Source: Octopus vulgaris
Taxonomy: Eukaryota
Direction: 5' to 3'
DNA length: 64,000 nt
NCBI GenBank assembly: GCA_951406725.2
Contig: OX597824.1
Coordinates: forward strand, 38,006,001 to 38,070,000
The position numbers and the translations under genes are program-made. Position 1 is the stretch's first letter; each line of letters begins with the position of its first letter. The notes under the pieces were generated by a model, which was not told the DNA's origin, ran no database searches, and worked only from the letters and a program-made list of their open reading frames with translations. Below are positions 40,631-52,938 of this stretch, piece after piece.

Positions 40631-42769
40631 GAAAATGAAATTAATCTCAATCTTCCAAGGATGATAATGTTAATATCAGCTGGAGCATAAGTTATGCTAC
40701 GGCAAAAATAATGGAGTTGTAACAATTGTCAAAAAAGAATAACATGTCCGTCAGAGCAGCATTCTGTTGTTCAGAGAAGATTTGAGGCTGGATGCACCAA
40801 GTATGCCAATGTTTGAGTCTTTATTGTGCATAATCTTAATACGTAAAACAGAGTGTGTGTGTGTGTGCTCTTTATGGCTTTGAAAAGTGAGTTGCCAATT
40901 TTGACATGAGGTATCAGGTTTCAGTAATCTTTTGACTACAAAATAAAGTATGTTTTTTGCACAACAACTCTTTTTTACTACAAAAATAACCTCGGAAACA
41001 AGGTCAGGTTGTACGATTTCGAGGTATTTAACTAAGGGAGGCAACCCTGCCACCACTATCTTAGAGCATAATGAGAAAATGTTTAAAATACATAAGGTTT
41101 TACCAGCGAATGAAACTTCGAAGATATACTGTCAACTTTATTAGTATTATTTACTAGATAATCTTTTAATGCGAAGTATGTTTGTGTTTTGTTTAGCCCA
41201 GAGTTACTTCTGTTGTAGCACACCCATCGCATACTTCTATTTTTTTCTTCTTCCTGAAATTCTGTAAACTTGTGCCTTTCTTTTGATGAAAGGGTATGTT
41301 TTAAGAGAGATTTGGCTGCTTTTTGTAGTATCTCAAGTTACTACGGACATACCTGTGTGTATGTGCATGTTTTATTGTGGTGAAAATATTTTTTCTCAGA
41401 ATATTTTGCACAATAATTTAAGAAATCTGGACCTTAGTGCTAACCATTCAACTTCAAATTACAATTGTTAATTGTTGGAAGTCAAGCAGACTGAGATGTA
41501 CATATAGTGTTATCGTATAGTGGAAGTTCAATATGATTTTTTGAACTCATTTTCTTGTGGTTACTGATCCATTACCTTAAATTTGATGCCATTAAGTCTT
41601 TAAACATTATTTTACTGGGTTTAGTCCTTCGACTGTTGTGATAATGGGGTATCACCTTCAAAAATTTAATTGATCATACTGACCTCAACACGTATTTCAA
41701 TCTGGCATTTATTTTATAGATCTCTGCTTGATGACCTGCTAACTTTGAGATATAGTGGGACACAATGCTCAATTTCACAATAAAATGTAAGCACACACAC
41801 ACATATATATATTAGGTGCAAGAATGTGTGTCTCAACCACATGGTTTCATGTTCAGTCCCTCTGCTTGGTACCTTTTTTTCTACTATAGCCCTAGGCCAA
41901 CCACAGACTTGTGACTGAATTTGGGAGATGGAAACTGCAGCGTTGTTCATCAGAAAATGACCAAAAGACATGTTTATAAAGAAGAATTGTTTGTTTCATA
42001 CTCCTCATGTGCCGATTCTGCCCATAAGACAGCAACAAATAATACAATGTGGCTGTAGGTCTTAACACCTAGGCAATGCTGAGGTGCATTGCTAGTATAA
42101 GCTAAGTTCAATAGGTCTTCAGTTACAAAAGGGGAATTTTTAGAATTAGTTTGTGTTAGAAGGTGATACATTAATAACAATGTACTAGTGCTATGCTGTA
42201 ATAAGCAAATGGGTAAATCCAATGATCCAATAAGTTTCAAAATTTGTGACTGGTTCATAGTATAGAATTGTACAGTGTTCTTGTTGAGGTTTTAGTTAAT
42301 TTGGTATCACTCTGCAAATATCTTCAGAATATTTGTTTCAATGCAGTGCAAGCATCACACTTTGTCAAAGTAAAACTTAACCAATTGCTATATCTTGGTG
42401 ATATTGTTCACTGGAGTGAAAAGAGCTTCTTTCCTCTCAGTCAAGTGTAGGTATTAAAATTAATTATTGTTTTCATTCTGAATGTGTGCTTTCATTTAGA
42501 GGTTTCCAGATGAACTAAAAGAATGGGCATCTATAGGTCCCCATGCTCTTGCCAGATGTAACCAATTCTGAACTTGGAGTTGACAATGTTTCATTGCCTT
42601 TTTGTTTATTTTACTTCCCTTTTTTCTATGCGTGCATGGGTTGGATGAATGTTATTTAAGGCATTGTTTTCCTGATGATAACCCTTACCTTTTTTTGAAG
42701 CAAGGGATCACAAGGGATAGTCAAGATCAAGAATGACCAAACTGTAATGAAAGTAAATATTTTAAATGT

Positions 42770-45345
42770 GAATCAAAATGTTGAGCAGAACAAGAAAGCA
42801 AAACAAAAGTATGTTTCTACTTGAGAAACAACTAAAAGTGTTACTCCAACAGTATTACAACAATATTTGAATTTAAAATTTATATCAGAGAAAGTGAGGT
42901 ATGTCAAATTATTTTCCAATATGTAACACTTTTTACTTAGGAAAAAGTGACTTTGAAGAACTTTCAGCCACTGTTCATATGTAGAACAGCTCAAGCCTCT
43001 CGTGCCTTGAATTGCCTTATGAATTGCATTGGAATTAAATCAAAGAACAGACTTGGAGTATCTCACTGAAATGATTTGATAATTATGAATTTCTGTTGGA
43101 TGTTAAATGTTTGAATAGAGTGTATAGTAACCAGATTATTGATGTATACACTGCTATGGCTTCTATTAAGCAGACAGTTAATAAATCTATCAGATGGAAG
43201 GTTTCACATAAGCATCTAGACACCCAAGGCTGCCAGAAAGAGTGCTTCAGCTCCTGAAAGGGTAAAGAAACCCCATTTTTATATACCCAGTACTAGGGTC
43301 TCTGTGAGATTAGTCATTATCAGAAATCTTTAGAAATGCTCACTGGAATTATATTTTGATGAAACTATTTCTATGGACACCAAAGAAATTAGAGGTAATA
43401 AGGTACTACACTTTGTAGACCATGGAACTTGAACCAGTGTAGGAGTCTGTCTTTGTAGTAAGGAAAGTTTTAATATTCTTAGTGTTATCTTCAGACACTA
43501 AATAGTTTATTTTGGGACACTAGGTTTCATTCTGGATCATAATGGTAGTTTGATTACCATTCATTTCAAGACCTGACACTGCACCTAAGTATTGTGGTAC
43601 ATACCACTACCCATTAATGTTCATGACTGAATGAGATAATGGTGTAATAAAAGAAATGTTGAAGAAAACCAAAATATAGAATATAGTTTAGAGGTGGTTC
43701 TAGCAAGAACATAAATACCAGAAATAATCCTTCACAACATACATGGGTACAACCCATATCAATTTGTTTTTGGAAGAGATCCCAACTTGCCTTCTGTTCT
43801 AAGTGAAAAATTTCATTAATCATAAGATATTTTCACCAGTGAAGTTGTAGTAAATAACTTGACTGTTATATATGTATGTTAGATAGAGGTTCAGGTAGTA
43901 TGAGTTTTCAGAGAAAGTAAGACATTACACTTTGTCCCCAAGTTGGGACAAGTATGGCACAGTCTTAGAAAAATGCTGATATGGTTCTCAATAAAAGGAA
44001 TGAGTGTTAAAGAGTTTGGTTTAGGAACTCCGAGGATAGGAAAACAAGCACTTGTTAAATATGGAAGCATGTATGTAAAAGTGCATCCATCACATTTAAT
44101 GCCCTGTCTGGAAGTGTATAGAAGTTGTTTATAAGATAATACGTGAAATAAGTATTATGAAAGTGCCAAAGTATCTATTTAACCCCTTTTGTTACCAACC
44201 CGGCTGAAACCGGCTCTGGCTCTGAGTACAAATGTCTTGTTTTCATAAGTTTTGAATTAAAATCTTCCACCAAACCTTAGTTATCATTAAGCTAGTGTTG
44301 GGAACATAAATTGTGACTAAGTTATTTTACTAAATTCTTTATTATATTTAAAATAATTGAAAGAAACGCAGAGTATCTCAAAATAAATACGGTAATGAAA
44401 GGGTTAAGTAGAGAACTATATTGATGTTGAACTGGAAACGATCAATGTTGAAAAGCATCAAACCATGAGATCAAAAAATAGACCGTTGAAACAAAAATCT
44501 GTTCTGAAGATGATCGTGTTTCCCAAACCAGGAAAAACTATTTAATGTAAACTTGTTAATGATGAGGATGCAGAATGGAGGTGATTGGATGTAAGAAGCC
44601 TGATTGGTAATGTAAAAGGTAAAAATAAATATTTAATACATGTTATGGAATATGGGGAACCATTCTTTTGTTCGATTTTGAACATGGTGTATCTAATTGG
44701 CAAGTCAATAAGTACAAAGTTGTGGAGCTTTTTCTTCACTTTCTCCAGTACTAACTTGAAAAAGGCAAAGAAAAAATAACTTTAAAGTTGGACTGAGAAT
44801 CAGATTATATGCAGATGCCTAATCAAGATCATCCCAACATATCTACAAGATGGATTTATACTAATAAAATGTCAAATGTCAAAGCTGGACTTTGTGGTAA
44901 GAGGTTAATGATATCAGGAAGAACTCTCCCACGTGTTCCAAAGAGGATCTACATGTAGCATTAGGAACTAAGGCACCATGTGGTCTGATATGCAAATCAA
45001 TGGATATTAAGACTGTATTTTTTACAGAGATTTCTTAGATCCTCTGCATGTGACATTTGTACTCCCAAGTTATGTTTTAAACTATGTATATAGCATAAAT
45101 GATGCTTGAAGATCCTGGAATCTGACAATTAATGGAATTAATGAAATTAGGAGTAGTAGCCTCATTAAGTATGATCAGGCAATGGGATGATGGAAAAAAA
45201 ATACTGCATGGTATCATTGTTTATGTGAATGCTTTGTATGTTAAAAAATCTTTTGAACCCAAATTATAGACAGGCTTCATAAATTCAAATAAATCTGAAG
45301 CAGCCACGGAATTCCAGTATGTAGGATTAGATATTAAAAAGGGTG
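42770..45345 (+). mobile_element. Heavily decayed Ty1/Copia (GalEa-like) LTR retrotransposon internal region
   Basis: Fragments in Copia order: integrase LHFVDHG and LHNIHGYNPYQFVFGRDPNL, then GKQALVKYGSMYVKVHPSHL, then RT motifs ISTRWIYTNK, SMDIKTVF, VYSINDA*RSW and FQYVGLDI. Many stops. LTRs not found and the 5' boundary is uncertain. Confidence 0.75.
44179..44407. mobile_element. TTAA-flanked (piggyBac-type) MITE nested in the Copia relic
   Basis: ttaa-cccc...aaaggg-ttaa; close copy at 46185-46412. Confidence 0.85.
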
Positions 45346-46184
45346 GTGAATGTGACACAGTGACACACTTTGTGCTTATTATGGAAGCTGTATTTAAATG
45401 AGTGTGTGGTTATTGTACTGTAGTTGTTCCACAGACATGCTTGCTTTCTCATTTTCTTGTCATGGAGATGTTTCCTTAGTCTGGTGACTATGACCTTTGT
45501 AAATTGCTTGTAAAAATTGAGATAAGAGGTATATGGGGAAAATAGTTTCTCAAACCTTCCTTACCACCCTTCTTATAAAGCGAGATGGTATTTGACTTCT
45601 TCCACATCATTATTTTCCCCTCTTTCAAATATCAGTTGTAATGTAGAATGAGGATTTTCCACAGCTGCTCTTCTTCACTCTCTGTCATTTTTTGTTGTTA
45701 GACCATCTCTTGGAACTTTATCAGCTTTAAAGCATTGTCTGTTTCACTGACCAGAATGAGTGGTATTTCTTCCAAAATTTGTGATAGTGGATAATTGAGC
45801 ATCACATTGGTTTTAAAAGGTTAGAAAAGAGCAGCAGGGTGGGAAACATGTTAGAAAATTTGGATTGGGAGAGAACTTACAGGAGACCATGGCAAAGGCA
45901 AAAAAAAACTTTGCATTGGGAACAGCTATTCAGCAAAAGTCTGGATTTAATGAACCTGGAAGACCTTAAATAGTCACCACTGAAATGTGATTGATTAAAT
46001 CCTACTTAACAAATGTGTAATGCCTGTTGTGGTGCCATTCAATACTGGTTATGGCCACCACTTGCTATGGAGGATGATTGTCAATGACAAAATTTGAGAG
46101 AAAAAGGCACTGCCCATCTTGATGAAGAACCAATGCATCAAGGTCTTCAGTGTGATATAGTTAGGAAGGAAACCTGGAGTCAGC

Positions 46185-46412
46185 TTAACCCTTTCGTTAT
46201 CAACCCGGCTGAAACCAGCTCAGGCTCTGGGTACAAATGTCTTGCTTTCATAAGTTTTGAATTAAAATCTTCCACCAAACCTTAGTCACAATTTATTTTC
46301 CTAACACTAGTTGAAGGATAACTAAGTCATTTTACTAAATTCTTTGTTATATTTAAAGTAATTGAAAGAAACACAGAGCATCTCAAAATAAATACAGTAA
46401 CGAAAGGGTTAA
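46185..46412. mobile_element. TTAA-flanked (piggyBac-type) MITE
   Basis: ttaa-ccctttcgtta ... taacgaaaggg-ttaa, perfect 11-bp TIR. Confidence 0.85.
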
Positions 46413-47170
46413 AGAAACTGATAAATATGGTTCATTGATTCTGAAAATGAAAAGCTGCATGTAAGATGTAAGAACAGTTAACCTGCAGGAGTCAGATGCA
46501 AGGATCTCAGCAGAAACAAGGAAAATGCTAGCGAAATAGAATACACAAATTCATTAATATAATAAAACATAGCAAAATCTTAAATCCAAAATTTCAAATC
46601 AAGTAGTAATTTCTTGAAACTACACACGAGATGTTTCCAAAACTACACAAACCTATCTACACACATGTGGGATTTTCAAAGGCAAACCTTTTCTTTTCAA
46701 AGACTCTCATGTGTAATCTTGTGAAATTATTTGGTAATAGGAATGTAGTTCAAGTCAGATGTGCGAATTGTTGATGCTGTTGTTAATCTGAGGCTTCTAA
46801 TCCATATTTCATTGATTAAATAATATATTCTCTTTTGCTTATTAGAGATTATGTGATTATATGAAAAGTATTAGTTTGACCTAATATGACATTTTAAAAC
46901 ATTAGTCTTAATTTTCTATAGATTAAAAGATTTGTTTATCCTTTTTTTGAAACCGTTAGTAATATTACAGAGATATACTTACATGGCAAGTATTTTTGAT
47001 ATGAGACTGTATTGAAACTAAAATGATTGCAGTATGGTCACAGTTTTGAGTGATTAAAGTTTTGACACCATATTCCAAACAATAATTAAGTGAAGTTTAA
47101 TGGGCATTGTGTGTTTCTGAATGGGTAAATTATGTCATCCACACCGCAGTCATTTTTGTTAATATATATC

Positions 47171-47992
47171 AAAGATTTTCTAATAATTATATACATTTGT
47201 CCATCATGGAACAGAAAGAATGTTTTAGACAAACGAATGTCTAAACATTTCTGTTATGTAAACTGAAGTAAATTAACTTTTGTATAGGAGCTTTTCAGGA
47301 TGTTTGTTTTAACTTAAACAAATGATGCTTAAAAATATTTTGCTGCATACAATCCCCACAAAATTTAAAGAAGTTGCTCAACCTGTTCCACATAGCACTG
47401 AATCTCATACCTCATCTTTTAAAAAATTGGCACATTTTAAGTCCTGAATCTCAGGACGTAAAGCAAGTGCCACAATTCCTTTTAATATCTAATCCAACAT
47501 GCAGGAATTTTGCTGCTTTAGATCCATTTGAATTTATCAAGTCTGTCTGTAATTTGGGTTCAGAAGATCTTTTAACATGCCAAACTGAACACATTCACAT
47601 GCACACCAGTGATACCATGCTTCAGGTGATAAAGTTGCTACAATGTTCACAGAAGTTGTTAAGCATTCCTAATCTCAGCCTGAATAGGTATTGACGTAGA
47701 CATTCAAAGAACATCTCACATGGCTGACTTTATTAGGTGTTACCACTTTTAAGATTCAGGACTTAAAACATGTGCCAATTAAAAAAGAAGAAAAATGATA
47801 AAAAGGGCTGAGTGACTGCTTTAAGTTTTTGTGGGGCTGGTATGCACCAAAGTATTTTTAAACATTATTTAAGTAAAAATATTAAACAAACATCCTAGTT
47901 TACATTGCAGAGAGAGATGTTGGGACATTTGCCTACAACTTTGTATTTCTCTTCCAAGATGTACAAAAATATATAATTATTAGAAAATTTTT
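47171..47992. repeat. Old fold-back element with long diverged inverted arms (~47171-47452 and ~47752-47992)
   Basis: Collinear inverted blocks: ttttctaataattatata/tatataattattagaaaa, aggatgtttgttt/aaacaaacatcct, ccccacaaaa/ttttgtgggg, ttttaagtcctgaatct/agattcaggacttaaaa. Confidence 0.8.
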
Positions 47993-48297
47993 GTCAGTTC
48001 ATAAAAAAAAAAATCTTTAATGTTGGGAAACATCAATTCTGCCATGACAACAATATATTACACCTACAACTGGAATGGAAATTGTTCTCATAAGTTTCTC
48101 AAGTTATGTTTGTACCTGGCATTCTTTCACTCTGCTTTTGTGATACTTATGTTTAAGTGTTTTGGTTTCTTATACAAAATTTAATTTATAAACAGGCACA
48201 AACATTGAGTGTCCTTGTATGTATATTATTTAAGATATTTCAAATTATCTAAACTTTTTACACCTTTGTTTTGCAATTCTCTTTTTAACTATTTCAG

Positions 48298-48450
48298 ATG
48301 GATTACTTGACCAAGATCAAGAAACCTTAAGTGAACGAGTTGCAATTTTAGAAAAGAAAGTACAACTGCAAGGGGATGAAATAGTTTGCCTTAAAAGTGC
48401 CCTTGCTGATGTGATTCGCAAACTAAACCAGGTCCAGGAATCTGGTAAAG
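48298..48450 (+). CDS. EML: EML/EMAP family (EML1-4 type) exon encoding the N-terminal trimerisation coiled coil
   Basis: Acceptor ctatttcag, donor G|gtaagc, 153 nt, phase 1-1. Encodes GLLDQDQETLSERVAILEKKVQLQGDEIVCLKSALADVIRKLNQVQESGK, matching the EML motif RxxxLExRVQxQEDEIxxLKSALADVxRRL. Too short for the ORF track. Confidence 0.93.
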
Positions 48451-49508
48451 GTAAGCCAATTTATGGGTTTGTATTTGAATCTATTATCTAAAAATTATTC
48501 ACAGATGTATTAACAAATTGTAATGTTCCAATGAAGTTCTATAGTTTACAAGAAGAATTAAGACACAGATATTAAACTAAAGGAACATTGTTTCTTATTT
48601 CACCAGTCTCCACTTTCTAATCACTTATTCCAATATTTCACTTGTTCTGGTTTCAACTTCATTTTGGCAGGATTAAAATTTTTAGTATAATTTGTTAAGC
48701 CATCAGCACTTACTCAGTGAACCATCATTTTAAAATTCGGTTTGTTATATTAACCCTTTTGTTCAATTAGTTTTAGTCTTGACTAATCTCAACAAAGCAG
48801 TATCATTCAGGATTGATAATAAAAATTTTGGGAAAATGTAGAATGACAAAATATCTATGTTGTGGTATGAACTAATGGTTTATGGCTGAAATTTTATACT
48901 GACCAGGCCTTCAAAACTTATCTATTTTTCTATAACTAAGCTTCAACAAGATCTTTGTCGTCTCACACATTTATGAAAACAATCACTCCTTCACATTGGA
49001 AAATGTTTATAAAATCTGGAACTTGCTGAACTTGTTGCAAACTGAAATCTTTCTTTTATTTTTAAGCTGATTAAAGCCATTTGTTCTTTTACATGACATC
49101 CATTGACTTCATAGGATTAAAAATTTTTGTTACTCTAAACAAATACATGTAAACTGTCATATATGAATTTTCACATTTTACACCTGCAAAGATATTACAA
49201 GAGTCACTTTGACAAATCACATGTCCTCACTTTTTGCTATTTTTGGAAATCTGTCTCTGGCACATTCTGATTGAGTTAATCTCTTTGAAGTTTGTGAGTT
49301 TTTCTCTTTTCTATGCAATTGAGTGATTATACATTTATTACCTTATTGACAATGGTCAATATGAGAGATTTCATGGAGTTACTTGGAAAGCAATAAAGCT
49401 ATACTTTCACTCAAGTAAAATGCATGATCTCATTGGAGTAACATTTTAAACCTTGTCTGGGATTCAAACCTTGTCTGGGATTCAAACCTGACATTATTAG
49501 AATACCTT

Positions 49509-49728
49509 AAGGTGGTGAGCTGGCAGAATTGTTAGCATGCCAGGCAAAATGCTTAGCGGCATTTCATCCGTCTTGACATCCTGAGTTCAAATTTGGCCAT
49601 GGTCAACTTTGCTTGTCATCCTTTCAGGGTTGATGAAATAAGTACTAGTTATGTACTGGGGTCGATGTAATTGACTAACCCACCTCTCCCAAATTTCAGG
49701 CCTTGTGCCTTTAGTAGAAAGGATTATT
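49509..49728 (+). mobile_element. SINE family B
   Basis: aaggtggtgagctggcagaattgttagc...tcatcctttcagggttgat. Confidence 0.85.
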
Positions 49729-50789
49729 AGGATGCTTTCAACTCTTACTTTCTTACTTAATTAGTAACTAAGAAAGGAGCTGTTCTTCAAAGAAATAAAT
49801 AGACTGGTGGAACCAGTACACCTCATGCAATGAAATTAAATATTGACTCATATACAGTACTAGAAGGAAGAATTGATTTGTCTTGCAAGTAATAATTTAG
49901 CTCCTTCTGGTTTTTATAAAGGGCCTACTTTACAATCCAACGTTGTCTGGTGATGATAAAGATTGTGGCTATAATAATAATGATAGACAAAAAAAGACCC
50001 TACCTGAATTTGATGCTATAAGTAAAATATTTACTGCTTCCTCTTTTAACTGTAGATCAAAGAGAACAATAAAAGCAACTTTCTCACCTCGATCTTTGAA
50101 CAAATTCAAATTATTGCTTGCTGTGTACATTATCTTTTTGAGTATTGCTCTAAAATTACCTCGTCCTTGTTTCTTTTCCTTTTTTGTATCTGTGTCTATC
50201 TTTATAAAATTCTGCTCCAGTGAATATTGTAATTTATTTTTATATTATTATGTTGTATTGTTTGTATGTAGTATGCAATCAGTGAGTTCTCCTGCTTATA
50301 AAAACCCAAATATTAAGTTGTAATTTTGTTTCCTTAAACAATTTGATCTGTCAGTTTCTAACACATATTGTGTTACTTTTATAACATTTCTTATATTGGC
50401 ACCTGGCCATAAATGTATTGGGGAATGGTGTATAGTTTGTTTGGAATTGACATGATTCGTATAGATTTCATTGCACTGGTGAAATTTGAACAACCAGATA
50501 GTGTATAAAACTTCAAAACTTATGCTTGCTCTATCACTGAAAATGGCAATACCTATCTGAAATCTGATATAAAATCACATTTACTTTTTGGCCTCTTTTT
50601 ACTTGACTGGCTTCTTCTAGTCTTACCCCAAGAACTATTTCACACTTTGTATCATTATCATTTAATGTCCTCTTTTCCATGCTGGCATGGGTTGGATGGC
50701 TTCACAAAAGATGAGTCAGAGGGCCGCATCAAATTCAACATTTGCTTCAGCATGGTTTCTGCAGTTGGATGCCTTTCCTAATGCCAACA

Positions 50790-51083
50790 GTCTGTCTACC
50801 CTATGTGAAAGGACTCTCTGAAAAAATGCAAAAGATATGCAGCCCATATGACATTAGGACAGTATTCAAAAGTAATACACCACTTTGCAAATATCTCCTT
50901 CGAGTAAAACCACCAATAGAAGAGAATATGACCAAGAACTGCATGTACTCCATCCCATGCAACTGTGGTAGGTTATACAAAGGCGAAACATGTCGCCCCT
51001 TCAAAATAAGGGTAGAGGAACATCGCAAATCTGTAACATGGGGAGATATTGATAAATTGGGTATAGCTTATCACATATGCTAG
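50790..51083 (+). mobile_element. Penelope-like element fragment (RT C-terminus to GIY-YIG endonuclease)
   Basis: LPYVKGLSEKMQKICSPYDIRTVFKSNT...NCMYSIPCNCGRLYKGETCRPFKIRVEEH matches the PLE pattern LPY..G.SE...VYxIPC.C...YIGET.R.L..R..EH. Confidence 0.9.
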
Positions 51084-51204
51084 GATACAACAACCTCCTA
51101 AGCAGACTGAGTGTGGATATGAACAGCATATGGGAACTGGTATTAAGGTAGGATAGGAGAATGTTAGATTTATAAGCCCTAAAATTCACACCATAATGGC
51201 CCAT

Positions 51205-51448
51205 GGGCATATGACATAGTGGTTAAGAGCGTGGGCTACTAACCCCAAGATTCCTAGTTTGATTCCAGGCAATGACCTGAATAATAATAATAATAGTAAT
51301 AATAATAATATTGAAAAATACCTTAGGAATGAGAACCTATGTTCGAAATTTCCCCAAGACACTTGATGAAGGCTGGAGGGTATATTAGCCAAAACGTGTT
51401 AACAACAAACAAGATGAGGACAAATATCCTTCAAATGTAAATAATGTA
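51205..51448 (+). mobile_element. tRNA-headed SINE with (AAT)n linker and degenerate hammerhead-like 3' region
   Basis: Head gggcatatgacatagtggttaagagcg...gtttgattcc; 3' gacac-TTGATGA-A-ggctg...tagcc-AAAAC-gtgtt; tail aatgtaaataatgt. Confidence 0.65.
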
Positions 51449-51597
51449 GTGTGACAAATGATTAGAGATAGGGAATGAGTTGGACACAGAGGATATTAGT
51501 TCAGCAGAGGGGAGATGAAGAAAGGAAATAGGGTAACATAGAAGACTGATGGAAAGTGGGTGTTAGATGAGCTGAGGGGGGAAGGCTTTGTAGAGCC

Positions 51598-52760
51598 TCA
51601 ATTCGACTGAGATGGATGAATCTTTTGGAGCACAGTATATTGCCATTCATCTTGGTTCCCCATCATCTCCTCTGAGAGGAACAACATCTTGAGGCCAGTT
51701 TTCATCACTTCATCCCACATCTTCCTAAATCTAGGTCTTCCACAGGTACCTTCCATATTTAGAGATTGACACTTCTTTATATTATTGTCCTCATCCATCC
51801 ACATCACATGACCATACCAGCACAGTCTTCTCTTCTGCACACCATATCTGATACCTCTTATGCCCAATTTTTCTCTCAACACATTTGTAGTTTGTCATAC
51901 ATGCATGCTGACATTACACATCTGTTAGAGCATGTTAGCTTCATTTCTTTCTAGTCTTTGCGTGTCCTCTACATGTACAGCCTAAGTTTCACAACCATAT
52001 AGCACTGCTGTTTGTACACAGGCATCATACAATCAACCATTGTTCTGAAAAAGTGGCCTTTTGCTACCAGCAGGAGGTAGAAGTGCTCTGAACTTTCTAC
52101 AATGACTTCATATTTTAGAAAGCATATTTTCAGAGCAACCTCCTCCACTGCTAATTAAATTACTTTGAAAACAAACACTATCTAGTACTTTTAGAGAGTT
52201 GCTTGAGCATTTTAGATCTATTTCCTATGTGCTTTTCTTTATTGTCCCTGCACATCTGCCCCAAACATATTCTACATTCTCTGTTAACCCTCCTATAATT
52301 CCATTGCGTATCTTGTGTCCATACTCTAGACTGAGCACACTGTATGGAATTCCTACCTACACCTTATCTATATATGGAACGGGGCCATTTACTTGAAGGA
52401 ATTAGTGTCCGCTCTGTTTTCCTGCTAATTAGAATTTGGATCTTTGCTAAGTTAACTTTAAGAGCCTTTTTGATTCCAGGTTTTGATTTTACATTTGGAA
52501 TCTTAATTCTAATTCTTCAGCAATTTAAGCTATAAGGACAAAAGTCATCAGCATAGAGGAGTTGCCATGGGCAACCAGGCTTAAATTTCTCTGTTATATC
52601 CTGGAAAAGTATAAGGACGCTTTGACAATTGAACCCTGATGAACTCCTACCTGCACACTAAATTCATTGCTGTACTTGTTAACATTCACTTTGCTAACAG
52701 CATTTCTGTACATGCCTTGAACAGCTCTCACAAGCCATTCATCTGTTCCTTGCTTTCGCA
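51598..52760 (-). mobile_element. Decayed RTE-type LINE fragment
   Basis: ORF 51598-51882 LREKLGIRGIRYGVQKRRLCWYGHVMWMDE...GTCGRPRFRKMW. Upstream, GVHQGS and PWQLLYADD-like RT motifs near 52545-52650. Confidence 0.85.
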
Positions 52761-52850
52761 GCAACCACAAGATGAGAAATCAAGGCACTTTGGCAAATGT
52801 TTTCTCCGGGTTAACTAATGCTAAGTACAGTGGTTTAATTTTTGCCAAAT

Positions 52851-52938
52851 ACATCTCCTGCAGTTATCAAACTATAATAGCTGAATCTTATATGGTCATC
52901 ACTATCAATGACCATGAGCTTAATGATGGAAATGTTAA
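52851..52938 (+). pseudogene. Decayed partial duplicate of the EML exon 54724-54958
   Basis: Collinear with 54861-54949, including an exact 20-mer cttaatgatggaaatgttaa; contains indels. Confidence 0.65.

Noticed and set aside
48298-48330. ATG at the first base of the coiled-coil exon as a start codon
   Set aside because: It is out of frame with the EML domain and stops after 10 codons (MDYLTKIKKP*).
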